The notes beneath the pieces are model-generated. The model searched no databases. It saw nothing but the letters and a program-made list of their open reading frames with translations, and was not told the DNA's origin. Both the position numbers and the translations under genes were made by a program. A stretch of 63,324 nt of DNA, counting the filler. It is 4 parts of 4 records of this genome, joined end to end, with 100 filler letters (N's around TTAATTAATTAA, not from the genome) between each part and the next. Parts side by side here need not be neighbours in the genome. Positions count along the whole stretch, not along the records: positions 22,060 to 34,200 come from DRR723986_7527; positions 34,301 to 54,834 come from DRR723986_7546; 2 more parts are not named here. The stretch is one strand, 5' to 3'. Each line of letters starts with the position of its first letter. Within the stretch, counting starts at the first letter, position 1. Below, piece after piece: positions 29,177-39,235 of the stretch.

Positions 29177-29796
29177 GCGCAATTCAGGCGGTTGTTTTTG
29201 ACATCGGCAATGTGCTGATCCGCTGGGATCCGCAGGGGTTTTACGATGCGCGTATCGGCCCCGCCGCGCGTCAGGCGCTGTTTGCCGCTGTGCCGCTAGA
29301 GGCGGCCAACCTGGCCATCGATCATGGGGCGCCCTTTTATGCCACAATCGCAGATTTGGCCGCCGAACACCCCGCCTATGCCGATCAGATCATGCTGTGG
29401 CACGATGAATGGCTGGCCATGGCAAGCCCCGCAATCGAGGCCAACGTGCAGCTGATGCAGGGCTTGCAGGCGCAGGGGGTGGCGTGCTGGGCCTTGTCGA
29501 ATTTTGGCGAAGACACGTTTGAGATCGCCCAACAGGCCTATCCGTTTTTGGACGATTTCGATGGCCGGGTCATTTCGGGCTATCTGGGCGTGGCCAAACC
29601 CGACCCTGCCATATACGAGGCGCTGGAAGAGGCCGCTGGCCTGCGCGGGCCTGCGCTGTTTTTCACTGATGACCGGCCAGAAAACATTGCCGCCGCGGCC
29701 GCGCGCGGCTGGTGCACACATCTCTTTCACACCCCCCAAGGGCTGGCCGATGCGTTGCAGGGCCATGGCCTGCGCATAAAAGGACATTCAGCATGA
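29173..29796 (+). CDS. HAD family hydrolase
   Basis: [25 protein letters not shown]. Confidence 0.92.
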   Translation: MSAIQAVVFDIGNVLIRWDPQGFYDARIGPAARQALFAAVPLEAANLAIDHGAPFYATIADLAAEHPAYADQIMLWHDEWLAMASPAIEANVQLMQGLQAQGVACWALSNFGEDTFEIAQQAYPFLDDFDGRVISGYLGVAKPDPAIYEALEEAAGLRGPALFFTDDRPENIAAAAARGWCTHLFHTPQGLADALQGHGLRIKGHSA

Positions 29797-30722
29797 GCGG
29801 CATCTCTATCCCCTTCATTCCGTTCGATCAGGGCCAGGCCCTGTTGGATTGGCTGGAACTGACCGATGCGCTGGATGCCGGGCACCGCCTGCCAAAGGCA
29901 AAGGTGGATGATATCTTTCTCTATCGCGACCCTGATACGCTGCTTAACCGCGCCGCCTGGATCGATGGCATGGGGCTGGCGGTGAAATCGGCCAGCGTGT
30001 TCCCTGGCAATCCAGGGCGCGGTGTGCCGATGATCAACGGCGCGGTCACGCTGTTTTCCGATGCTGATGGCACGCTCGAGGCGCTGGTGGATTTTCATCT
30101 GGTCACCAAATGGAAAACCGCGGGCGACTCGCTATGCGCGGCGCGCAAATTGGCGCGCCCCGATAGCCGCAATATTTTGATCGTGGGGGCGGGCACGGTG
30201 GGCCATTCGCTGCGCGAAGCCTATGGTGCGGCCTTTCCCGATGCGCAATTCACCATCTGGAACCGCAGCCCCGCTGCGGCCCAGGCCATGGCGGCTGCAT
30301 TTCCCGGCATGCAGGTGGCCGATGATCTGGAAACAGCGGTGCGTGCGGCTGATATCGTCACCAGCGCCACCATGAGCACCGAGCCGCTTTTGCGTGGTGC
30401 CTGGTTTCAACCTGGCCAACACATCGATCTGATCGGCGCCTACCGCCCCGATATGCGCGAGGCAGACGACGAGGCGCTGCTGCGCGCGCGCGTGTTTGTT
30501 GACAGCTACGACACCACCGTGGGCCATATCGGCGAGATCAAAACCCCCATCGAAACCGGGGTGATCGCGCGCAGCCATTTGGTGGCTGATTATTACCAGC
30601 CACAGGCATTCCAACGCCGCAGCGATGATGAAATCACCCTGTTCAAAAATGGCGGCGGCGCGCATCTGGATTTGATGACAAGCCGCTATATCCTGCAGGC
30701 ATGGCAGGCGGCTGGCACCTAA
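29793..30722 (+). CDS. Ornithine cyclodeaminase/mu-crystallin family protein
   Basis: TKWKTAGDS, GAGTVG, IWNRS, GAYRPDMREAD, FKNGGGAHLD. Start at the ATGA overlap. Confidence 0.88.
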   Translation: MSGISIPFIPFDQGQALLDWLELTDALDAGHRLPKAKVDDIFLYRDPDTLLNRAAWIDGMGLAVKSASVFPGNPGRGVPMINGAVTLFSDADGTLEALVDFHLVTKWKTAGDSLCAARKLARPDSRNILIVGAGTVGHSLREAYGAAFPDAQFTIWNRSPAAAQAMAAAFPGMQVADDLETAVRAADIVTSATMSTEPLLRGAWFQPGQHIDLIGAYRPDMREADDEALLRARVFVDSYDTTVGHIGEIKTPIETGVIARSHLVADYYQPQAFQRRSDDEITLFKNGGGAHLDLMTSRYILQAWQAAGT

Positions 30723-30731
30723 GCTATGGCC

Positions 30732-31970
30732 TTAGGCGGGCGCCATGATCTGGCGCTCGCGCACGGGCAGATGCACCAGCGCTGAAAAGGCGCCAACGCC
30801 CACGCCGATCCACCAGACAACGGTGTAATCGCCATAGGTGTCATACATGCGCCCACCCAGCCACACGCCCAAAAAGCTGCCCATCTGGTGCGACAAAAAC
30901 ACGATGCCATAAAGCGTGCCCATATAGCGCAACCCATAGATATGCGCGATCAGGCCGCTTGTTAGTGGCACGGTGGCCAGCCACAGCGCGCCCATTGTCA
31001 CCGAGAAAATCAGCACTGTTGCGGGTGTGATGGGAAACAAAATAAAGGCCGCCGCCACGATGGTGCGGGCGGTGTAGATGCCTGCCAGCAAGTATTTCTT
31101 GGAATAGCGTTTGCCCAGCCAACCCGCGGTTAGCGTGCCGGCAATATTGGCCACCCCAATCAGCGATATCGCAACAGCCCCCAAGGCCGATGTGGTGCTG
31201 ATGCCAAGGCTATCAAGCAGCCCACCGGGCACGATGGGGCCGCACATTTCGGTCACAAAGGCAGGGAAATGGGCGGTGACAAAGGCCAGCTGATAGCCGC
31301 AGCTGAAAAACCCCAGAAATATCAGTGTATAAGATGGGTCGCGAAAGGCGCGGCGCAAAATCGTGCCCATGCTTTCTTCCAGCTCTGCCTTGCTGGCGGG
31401 GGGCGATTTCATCAGCGGCAAGAAAGACAGCGAGGCCAAAATGGCCGCGGCAAAGATCAAAAACACCGTTTGCCAGCTGACAATGCCCAGCAGCCATTCT
31501 GCCAGGGGGGCGCCAAACACCTGCCCGGCCGATCCGGCGGCGGTGGCGATGGCCAAGCTCATCGAGCGGTTTTCATCGCTGCTGGCGCGCCCCACAACCG
31601 CCAAGATCACGCCAAAACCAGTGCCCGCCACACCAAAGCCCACCAGAATTTCCAGCAGCTGATGCGCCTCGGGCGTCACTGCAAACGAGCTTAGCACCAG
31701 CCCCGCCGCATAGATCAGCGCGCCCAGGAAAATGGCCATGCGGTCGCCCAGCTTTTCGGCAAAGGCGCCAAACAGCGGCTGGCCAATCCCCCAGGCCAGG
31801 TTTTGAATGGCAATGGCCAGGCTGAATTCGCTGCGCAGCCAGCCAAATTCTTCGGCGATGGGTATTTGAAACACGCCAAAACTGGCGCGCACGGCAAAGC
31901 TGATGATGATAATGGCGCAACCGGCCAGCAAGACGGGGGTAAGAAGGGGGGCGCGGGCGCTATCGCTCAT
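30732..31970 (-). CDS. MFS transporter
   Basis: About 12 TM segments, GIGQPLFGAFAEKLG, FFSCGYQ, LATVPLTSG, SHQMGSFLG. Confidence 0.92.
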   Translation of the reverse strand: MSDSARAPLLTPVLLAGCAIIIISFAVRASFGVFQIPIAEEFGWLRSEFSLAIAIQNLAWGIGQPLFGAFAEKLGDRMAIFLGALIYAAGLVLSSFAVTPEAHQLLEILVGFGVAGTGFGVILAVVGRASSDENRSMSLAIATAAGSAGQVFGAPLAEWLLGIVSWQTVFLIFAAAILASLSFLPLMKSPPASKAELEESMGTILRRAFRDPSYTLIFLGFFSCGYQLAFVTAHFPAFVTEMCGPIVPGGLLDSLGISTTSALGAVAISLIGVANIAGTLTAGWLGKRYSKKYLLAGIYTARTIVAAAFILFPITPATVLIFSVTMGALWLATVPLTSGLIAHIYGLRYMGTLYGIVFLSHQMGSFLGVWLGGRMYDTYGDYTVVWWIGVGVGAFSALVHLPVRERQIMAPA

Positions 31971-32041
31971 GGGGATCTCCTGTTGCGGGGCGACAGTGCG
32001 CCGGGGGCGCGGCTGCGTCAATCAGTTGAAACTACGGCATC

Positions 32042-32070
32042 AAAAAAGGCCGGCGCTGGGCGCCGGCCTT
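32042..32070 (-). terminator. Rho-independent terminator of the permease gene
   Basis: AAGGCCGGCGC-TGG-GCGCCGGCCTT with an A6 run (U-tract on the minus strand). Confidence 0.8.
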
Positions 32071-32089
32071 GGCAGGTGTTTGGGAGTGA

Positions 32090-33439
32090 TCAGTCCAGCT
32101 CTTGCGGCAGGATCAGGTTCAAGATGATGGCCAGCGCCGCCGAGGGCAGCAAGCCGCTGGTCAGCAGGATCTTGGCGGTGCCGGGCATATGCTGCAGCGC
32201 CTCGGGCACCAGTTGCAGGCCCAGGCCCACCGACAGCGAGACTGCGAAAATCACCATGTTGCGGCGGTTCCAGCTGACCTCGGACAGCATGTTTACGCCC
32301 GCGGCGCAGACCATGCCAAACATCACAATCACACCGCCGCCCAGCACGTTGATCGGCACAGTGGCCACGATCGCGCCGATTTTTGGCACCAATCCGCAAA
32401 CGATCAGGAACAGCGCGCCCAGTGTCACCACGTGGCGGCTCATAACGCCCGTCATCGAAATCAGGCCCACGTTTTGGCTAAACGAGGTGTTGGGCAGCCC
32501 GCCAAACACACCCGCCACTGCGGTGCCCAGACCATCGGCATAGGTGGCGCCGCTGATTTCGCCATCGGTGGCCTCGCGGCCAGCGCCGCCTTTGGTGATG
32601 CCGCTGACATCGCCCACGGTTTCAATGGCCGAGATCACCGCCATAAAGCACATACCGATGATGATGGCGCTGTTAAATTCAACGCCCCATTTAAAGGGCA
32701 TCGGCGGGGCAAAAGCTGCGGCGCGGGCCACATTGCCGAAATTTACCTGCCCCATCAGATAGGCCACCACATAGCCTGCGAACAGGCCAATTAGCACGGC
32801 CGCAACCGACATCATGCCGCGGGTGAAAAATTTCAGCGCCAGCGTCACCACGATCACCACCAGGGCCGGCACCCACATGGCCATGCTGCCAAAGCCCGGC
32901 TTGCCCATCAGCGGCACGCCGCCGGCGGCATATTGGATACCCACCTTGATCAGCGCCAAGCCGATCATCAGCACGATCAGCCCTGTCACCAGCGGCGGCA
33001 GGGCAAACCGCAGGCGGCCAACGAAGGTGCCCAGGATAAAGTGGAAAATGCCACCAATCACCACGCCCGTCATCAGCCCGGCCAGACCGGCCACGCCCTG
33101 GCCCGCCACCGCCGGGATCATCACCGGCAAAAAGGCAAAAGAGGTGCCCTGCACAATAGGCAAGCGGGCGCCAACAGGCCCCATGCCGATGGTTTGAAAC
33201 AGCGTGGCAATGCCGGCAAACAGCATCGACATCTGAATCATGTAGATCATGTTAGGAAAATCGGGGCTGTTCGAGCCAAAGCCAAAGCCAGCCGCGCCCG
33301 CCACGATGATGGCGGGGGTAACGTTGCTGACAAACATCGCCAGCACATGCTGAATGCCAAGCGGTATCGCCTTGGCCAGCGGTGGGGTGTAATTTGGGTC
33401 GCGCAGTTGTTCTGCTGTGCCCAGTGTTGTATCTGCCAT
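32090..33439 (-). CDS. NCS2 xanthine/uric acid permease
   Basis: GIQHVLAMF, LPIVQGTSF, ETVGD, NAT signature SFSQNVGLISMTGVMSR. Confidence 0.95.
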   Translation of the reverse strand: MADTTLGTAEQLRDPNYTPPLAKAIPLGIQHVLAMFVSNVTPAIIVAGAAGFGFGSNSPDFPNMIYMIQMSMLFAGIATLFQTIGMGPVGARLPIVQGTSFAFLPVMIPAVAGQGVAGLAGLMTGVVIGGIFHFILGTFVGRLRFALPPLVTGLIVLMIGLALIKVGIQYAAGGVPLMGKPGFGSMAMWVPALVVIVVTLALKFFTRGMMSVAAVLIGLFAGYVVAYLMGQVNFGNVARAAAFAPPMPFKWGVEFNSAIIIGMCFMAVISAIETVGDVSGITKGGAGREATDGEISGATYADGLGTAVAGVFGGLPNTSFSQNVGLISMTGVMSRHVVTLGALFLIVCGLVPKIGAIVATVPINVLGGGVIVMFGMVCAAGVNMLSEVSWNRRNMVIFAVSLSVGLGLQLVPEALQHMPGTAKILLTSGLLPSAALAIILNLILPQELD

Positions 33440-33491
33440 TTCCCTTCGTCTCCTTGTTGGTTGTATGCCCTTCTGTTGGGGCTTGGTGCAG

Positions 33492-33980
33492 TTACTCTAC
33501 CACATAATGTGGTGTAAGTGGATATTCTTCTAAATTGGCCGTGGGCCCGATACGGTCGATCACGGCAAAAAGCCCAGGCTCTGCCAATGGCGTCAGCACC
33601 CCGTGCCATGTGCCACGATGCAAGTTGATGCCCTGGCCCGGCGCCACCAGAAAGGCGCGCAGGTTTACCGGGGTGCCGCCTGCATCTTCGGCCACTGTGA
33701 CCAGCCAGGTGGTTTCATACATGGGCACAAAGGCCTGGCTGCCCTCGGGGTGGCGCTCTAGCAGATCCAACACATAGGGCAGGCTGCGCGGCTGGGCCTT
33801 GAACAGGTTCAGCCCGGCGCGGCCATCTGGGCCGAAATCAAGCTGCGCAATATCGTGCCAGCGCCCGCAATAGCCATTATTGATCAGCCGGTCGGGGGTG
33901 CCCGTGGCCTGCAATACATCACCAAATGGCGCAAAGGCCTGTGGCGTCAGCGGTTCGGTGCGAAGGCGGTTCATGGCCAT
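33492..33980 (-). CDS. allA: Ureidoglycolate lyase
   Basis: PLT..AFAPFGDV, LERHPEGSQAF.P, GTWHGVL, FAVIDR. Confidence 0.92.
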   Translation of the reverse strand: MAMNRLRTEPLTPQAFAPFGDVLQATGTPDRLINNGYCGRWHDIAQLDFGPDGRAGLNLFKAQPRSLPYVLDLLERHPEGSQAFVPMYETTWLVTVAEDAGGTPVNLRAFLVAPGQGINLHRGTWHGVLTPLAEPGLFAVIDRIGPTANLEEYPLTPHYVVE

Positions 33981-33983
33981 TCC

Positions 33984-34200
33984 TTACAGCGCCAGGGCCG
34001 GGTGGCGGTTGACATCTTTATACAGCAGATAGCGAAAATCGCTGTCGCCGGTGGCAATGCAGGCCTGGGGGCAAAAGGCGCGCAGCCACATAAAATCGCC
34101 CGGGCCTACCTCGACCCAGTCTTTGTTTAGCAAATAGCGCGCTGTGCCCTGCAACACATACAGCCCATGTTCCATCACATGGGTTTCGGCAAAGGGAATG
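33984..34200 (-). CDS. allE: (S)-ureidoglycine aminohydrolase (AllE-type cupin), C-terminal part
   Basis: IPFAETHVMEHGLYVLQG...GDFMWLRAFCPQAC...RYLLYKDVNRH. Confidence 0.88.
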
Positions 34201-34300
34201 NNNNNNNNNNNNNNNNNNNNNNNNNNNNNNNNNNNNNNNNNNNNTTAATTAATTAANNNNNNNNNNNNNNNNNNNNNNNNNNNNNNNNNNNNNNNNNNNN
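34201..34300. other. Artificial contig spacer
   Basis: N-run with the TTAATTAATTAA linker. Confidence 0.99.
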
Positions 34301-34921
34301 GCGCATATCTCGGTCTGGGACGCGCCCGGCGCAGAGGCCGCGACCAATGTCTTTGCCGGTGAAGGCGAGGGCCAGACCGGCGAGGTCGGGCTGTCGGCGC
34401 AGGGCAAGCATTTCCTTGGTGGTATCATGAGCCACGCCAGTGCGCTGGCCGCGATCACCAATCCGACGGTAAACAGCTACAAGCGCATCAACGCGCCACG
34501 CACCATGTCGGGCGCCACATGGGCCCCCAACACCGTGACATGGACGGGCAACAACCGCACCCATATGGTTCGCGTCCCCGGCCCCGGCCGGTTCGAACTG
34601 CGCCTGCCCGATGGCGCGGCGAACCCCTATCTGCTGCAGGCCGTGATCATCGCGGCGGGTCTGGATGGTATCCGCAACGAGGCCGACCCCGGCAAGCGCT
34701 ATGATATTGATATGTATGCCGAAGGCCACAAGGTGCGCGGTGCACCCAAGCTGCCGCTGAACATGCTTGACGCCCTGCGCGCCTATGACCGCGACAAGGG
34801 GTTGAAAGCGGCCATGGGTGAAGAGTTCTCCGCCGCGTTCCTGAAGCTAAAGCACGCGGAATGGGATGATTTCGTGTCCCATTTCAGCCGTTGGGAAAAG
34901 GACAACACGCTGGATATCTGA
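34301..34921 (+). CDS. glnT: Type III glutamine synthetase family (GlnT / gamma-glutamylmethylamide synthetase-like), C-terminal part
   Basis: HISVWD, NPTVNSYKR, SGATWAP, GNNRTHMVR, FELRLPDGAANPYL, ending TLDI. Confidence 0.88.
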   Translation, partial: AHISVWDAPGAEAATNVFAGEGEGQTGEVGLSAQGKHFLGGIMSHASALAAITNPTVNSYKRINAPRTMSGATWAPNTVTWTGNNRTHMVRVPGPGRFELRLPDGAANPYLLQAVIIAAGLDGIRNEADPGKRYDIDMYAEGHKVRGAPKLPLNMLDALRAYDRDKGLKAAMGEEFSAAFLKLKHAEWDDFVSHFSRWEKDNTLDI

Positions 34922-34949
34922 TATCCGCGATCTGGGAGGAACGCGGCCC

Positions 34950-35990
34950 ATGACCACCACAAAGCCAATCACGTTCGGCTTCCTGCTGCTGCCGGGCTTC
35001 CCGATGTCGTGCCTGACATCCGCGATCGAGCCGCTTCGGGTGGCCAACGAAATCACCGAGCGTCTGGTGTTTGACTGGCAACTGCTGTCTGAGGACGGCG
35101 GGCCGGTCAGGTCCAGCGCGCGGGTCGGTTTCGATGCGGATCGCGCCCTGACCGATGCAGCGGGGCTGGACTATCTGTTTGTACTCGGCGCCCCAGACAG
35201 CTTGCTTCAAAACAGGACGGCCAGCAATGGCCGGATGCGCCATCTTGCCCGGCACGGGGCAACGCTTGGTGCATTCAGCGGGGGCGTGTTTGCGCTGGCT
35301 CGCGCAGGGCTTCTGACTGAGTACCGGGCCAGCGTGCATTGGTGTTATCGTGCTGCTTTCTCCGCCGAGTTTCCAGAGATTGAAGCCTCGGACGATGTGA
35401 TTGTGCTGGATCGCAGCCGCCAGACCGCCTCGGGCGCGGCGGCGGCCTTCGATCTGATGCTGAATTTGATCGGGGAACGACTGTCGCCCGATGTTGCAAC
35501 CGAGATCGCCTGCTGGTTCCAGCATCCGCTTATCCGCAGCACCGGTGTGCAACAGCGCGTTCCCACCCTGAACACCGACAGCACCGTCGATTGCGTGCCG
35601 GAACCCGTGCGCCGTGCCATCTGCATGCTGAACGATCATATCGAAGACACGATCAGCATCGCCGAGGTGGCAGACCGCATGAACATGTCGCAACGCCAGC
35701 TGGAACGCCGGTTCAAGAGTGCCACGGGGCAGAGCCCATCGGTGTATTATCGCACGCTCAGGATGAACGCCGCGCGGCAGCTTGTGCGCTTCTCGACCCG
35801 CCCGATCTTGGAGATTGCTATCGAGGTCGGCTGCACAAATGCGTCGCAGCTGTCGAAGAACTACCGGTCTGTGTTTGGGCTTTCGCCGTTTGAAGACCGA
35901 CGCAGCGGTGTTGCGTTCCGGGATAACGGGACGGGGCTGCGCGCACTGACCGGAACCAATGTGCAAGGTGCCTTCGCGCCAAGACAATAG
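34950..35990 (+). CDS. GlxA family (DJ-1 + AraC) transcriptional regulator
   Basis: AIEPLRVAN, LARAGLL, VHW, SQRQLERRFK...SP..YY..LRM..ARQL. ATG after GGAGG. Confidence 0.93.
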   Translation: MTTTKPITFGFLLLPGFPMSCLTSAIEPLRVANEITERLVFDWQLLSEDGGPVRSSARVGFDADRALTDAAGLDYLFVLGAPDSLLQNRTASNGRMRHLARHGATLGAFSGGVFALARAGLLTEYRASVHWCYRAAFSAEFPEIEASDDVIVLDRSRQTASGAAAAFDLMLNLIGERLSPDVATEIACWFQHPLIRSTGVQQRVPTLNTDSTVDCVPEPVRRAICMLNDHIEDTISIAEVADRMNMSQRQLERRFKSATGQSPSVYYRTLRMNAARQLVRFSTRPILEIAIEVGCTNASQLSKNYRSVFGLSPFEDRRSGVAFRDNGTGLRALTGTNVQGAFAPRQ

Positions 35991-36495
35991 TCCCTGGGCA
36001 TGCCTGGAGGCAGGTATCCGGCGCGCTGCCTCAGGGTGTCGAACAGGGGATCATTCCGGTTTCCCGCCACTCGGGGCGGGACCGGTAGGTTCGCGCGGCA
36101 GGCTCTCTGCATCCGGGAAGCGAAATGGCCGAAGGATTTTTCAAGTCATTGGTGACTAAATGAATTTGCAGATCACACGAAAATGTCGAGCCGTCGAAAT
36201 AATTGAAACTGGCAATTAATATCCGGCTGTCCGGTTGACAATCCAAGGCACCGATCAGACCAGAAATCTCAGGGAAATCCGGTACGCGGTGGTCACGATA
36301 CTGTGTCTCGCATACTGAAGGAAGGCGCATTCCGCCGGTAAGGGGATGCGTTTTCAATAGACAGATCACCGGAAAAGGCACGCTGACCGGTTACCCCGGA
36401 TTGCGCGCTTGAGATAATTCATGTGCAATCCAGGAGAGGGCCATGGAATTAAGGGCGCCCCTAGAAAGGCGACCTAAGTCCGCTGCGCTTCTCCC

Positions 36496-36651
36496 AAAGT
36501 CTAAAGCCACATTCTTGCGCACCGATACACGATTGAACGCAGTTATTACATTGATAAACAATGATTTATTTAACCAGAATGCGACCCTGAACGATTAACG
36601 TCCAGGGGCTTCTGAGAAAAAATTTCCACAATCAATGCGTCTTTAGACTTT
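36496..36651. repeat. Inverted repeat pair (11-bp perfect core, ~27 bp imperfect)
   Basis: AAAGTCTAAAG at 36496-36506 and CTTTAGACTTT at 36641-36651; similarity continues inward. Confidence 0.7.
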
Positions 36652-36859
36652 AGCAGTCATTGATTGCAGAGATAGTAAACCTCCACAATTATCATTATCT
36701 GGATTAGCCATATACACTAAGTTGATTCTCTTCAAGCCACCTTGGGCTTAATTTCTTGATTCACATTATTGTTGCAAATCTCATAATTAATTTGATTATG
36801 GAGTCGAAATCAAAATCTCCGATAGATTCCATAGCTGATGTTTTTTGAAAGGGACGGTC

Positions 36860-39235
36860 ATGTTCGATATCACTACCGCACGAGAAGTTGTGTATGGGGA
36901 CGGGCAGGTAACATATGCCTATCAGGATCACGATAACCCCGACATCTGGTATCTGGTGCCATCGCCCCGCATTCGCATGAAGGGCGGAGATCCGGTTTTC
37001 TCGGTCATTGAATACACGTCGAACGGCGGCGGCGTTTCGGGTGCCTGCACCTTCGAGGCAGATCTCGTGCAGCCGGAGGCGGCGAAAGCCGCGCTGGAGG
37101 CTCAGCTTGGCAAGCAGGTCACATGGGGCGGCTTCACCTGGGTCGGCGGAAACGCGTTCTTCCACTATCTCAAGGGCGGCGCACCGGAAATCCTGGTCGC
37201 TGAACCCACCCTTTACGGCACCAATGTCGTGTCGTTTCAGGTGGAACTTGAGACAGCCGAGCAACTGAACGAATTCAAGACGGCCCTGTCCCAGGGTGGT
37301 GGAAATTCGCCGTTCAGCATCGAGTATGACATGCAGGTTCTGACCAAGCTGCTCGGGGCAACGGCCACTGTGACCTATAACTCTCAGGCGGCGATCAGCT
37401 ACGAAGAAAGATACCGCACGGAAAGGGATACATGGGGCCGCCAGAAGCAGGTGCTGGAGGAGGTCAAGCAAGTCCTCCAGCAATCCGGCGCGGGCGACGT
37501 TCATGTCGAGATCGGCGCGGGCGGAACGCCCGAGCTGGAACAGCGCGTTCGCGATTGGGCCTGGACCACGCTGGAAGATCAGGTCGCCAGCACCGTGGCG
37601 GCAGCGGCGACAATGGCGACCGCCCCCGGCAACAACCCGATTTCCGCGACGACGTCTTTCACCAAGAGCTACACAGAAGACACGGTTGTCGACTGGTCGA
37701 CCCCCGTGACCAGCGCCATCCCTGTCTTTTCCTCTGAAACCTGGGACGACAAGGTTCTTCAGAAGGTGGACAATCGCAAATTGTCGGTGATCTTTTCGCT
37801 GGTCGGTCAGCTGACATCATCCGAGACCGGACTGGCGATTGCAGAACGTGTGACCGTCACCGTCGATTACCCGACCCGCCAGACCGACAACACCTTCGAG
37901 CTGATCCCGGCAAACGGCGACCACTCGACGCTGACCTATGAGGCGCCGGGCGCGTTCACCACGGGCGGGGATTACATCCCCGATTTCAAGTTCACGTTCG
38001 TGATCCGCTATTCCGACGGCACCGAATACACCTCCGCCCAGATCTTGACCCGCGACACCGTGGTAAACATCGCCCCAAGCGATTTCGGAACCCGGCAGGT
38101 CTCGTTCATCGGCCAGGGCGTGCCCTTCGGCAGCGAACAAAAAGAAGTTGACCGCGTGGTCATCGACCTGTTCTTCACCCCGCCCTTCGGTCAAACAGCC
38201 ATCGTACAGACCAAGGATCTGACCCAGAACGGAGATGCCGAGGGCGCCCCCGTTCAGTTCAACAGCTATTACAAGCAGCCCATTGGCGGCACATACCACT
38301 ACATGCTGCGCTACATGATGAATGACGGGTCTGTCATCAGTTCGGGAACGCCGATCACCATCAGTTCGGCCCCTGACAATACCAACTCCAGCAATGCCGA
38401 TATTGTATATGTCATTGATCCCGCGAACTTCACAACCCAGTTCAACCTGCGTGTGTTCAATGTGAGCGGCGCTCCGAACGTATTGCTAGCAGATATCTCA
38501 GCCCAGTATTTCGACCAGGAAAACAGCCCAGGACGGGCGCTTTTCCACAATGCCTGGCCAAACTGGGAACCCGCCGCAACGCCTGCGATCGTCTCGGCCG
38601 ATCCGTGGACCTTTGCGGCCGTGGACAACACCAACTCGGCCTATTTCAAATTGGCCGGGAACATCTACTTCAGCGATGGCACCGAGGTGAATCTGGGCAC
38701 CAGTTATCAGCAGCCAAGCGGCAATCGCACGTTCCTGATCCGCACCGACAGCCAACCCTACGGCGTGCGGATCATTACCAGCGAAATCGACTGGTCGCAG
38801 GTCGCGGGCGTAAACCTGACCTTCTTCCGCCTCGAAGGTGATGGAGCTGACGACCTGAACGGTCAGCCGCCCGCGTTCTTTTCCAAGCCACGGGTCAGCA
38901 TGAGCACCGAAGAACTGGCGTTGGCGGAAGCCTCGCAGGCCGATCTTTACGCCTATTCTCTGATCAAGGCGACAGACGGGCAGCCAGTCGACGACCTGGA
39001 TCGTTTCTATGCTCTGAAACGCCCGCATAATCAGTCGAAGGTAGAGTTCTACTATACGGCTGAATACATCATGGCAGCCGATTCAGAACGCCGCTGGCTG
39101 AAGGATCAGCATGTCGAGGGCGTGCTGACCGTGACCCTGCCAGCCTTGCCGCCAGCGGGCAGCAATGAACCCGGTTTCGTGCGCCATACCGCAGACCCCG
39201 AGGCCCTGCTTGCGCTCGAAAAAGAGGATGGCTGA
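36860..39235 (+). CDS. Uncharacterised 791-aa acidic, beta-rich protein (operon gene 1)
   Basis: Long ORF with normal codon bias and ATG after AAGGGA. N-terminus YQDHDNPDIWYLVPSPRI...PVFSVIEY...G...FEADL. No signal peptide or catalytic motif recognised. Confidence 0.9.
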   Translation: MFDITTAREVVYGDGQVTYAYQDHDNPDIWYLVPSPRIRMKGGDPVFSVIEYTSNGGGVSGACTFEADLVQPEAAKAALEAQLGKQVTWGGFTWVGGNAFFHYLKGGAPEILVAEPTLYGTNVVSFQVELETAEQLNEFKTALSQGGGNSPFSIEYDMQVLTKLLGATATVTYNSQAAISYEERYRTERDTWGRQKQVLEEVKQVLQQSGAGDVHVEIGAGGTPELEQRVRDWAWTTLEDQVASTVAAAATMATAPGNNPISATTSFTKSYTEDTVVDWSTPVTSAIPVFSSETWDDKVLQKVDNRKLSVIFSLVGQLTSSETGLAIAERVTVTVDYPTRQTDNTFELIPANGDHSTLTYEAPGAFTTGGDYIPDFKFTFVIRYSDGTEYTSAQILTRDTVVNIAPSDFGTRQVSFIGQGVPFGSEQKEVDRVVIDLFFTPPFGQTAIVQTKDLTQNGDAEGAPVQFNSYYKQPIGGTYHYMLRYMMNDGSVISSGTPITISSAPDNTNSSNADIVYVIDPANFTTQFNLRVFNVSGAPNVLLADISAQYFDQENSPGRALFHNAWPNWEPAATPAIVSADPWTFAAVDNTNSAYFKLAGNIYFSDGTEVNLGTSYQQPSGNRTFLIRTDSQPYGVRIITSEIDWSQVAGVNLTFFRLEGDGADDLNGQPPAFFSKPRVSMSTEELALAEASQADLYAYSLIKATDGQPVDDLDRFYALKRPHNQSKVEFYYTAEYIMAADSERRWLKDQHVEGVLTVTLPALPPAGSNEPGFVRHTADPEALLALEKEDG

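Noticed and set aside
29712-29792. Longer ORF-track starts (also 1450, 14416, 15902, 19832, 26191, 34866, 54088, 60331)
   Set aside because: Downstream ATGs with RBS or ATGA coupling match the family N-termini better.
36031-36381. 116-aa minus-strand ORF in the intergenic region
   Set aside because: No recognisable motif, RBS or typical codon bias. A small gene or sRNA here cannot be fully excluded.
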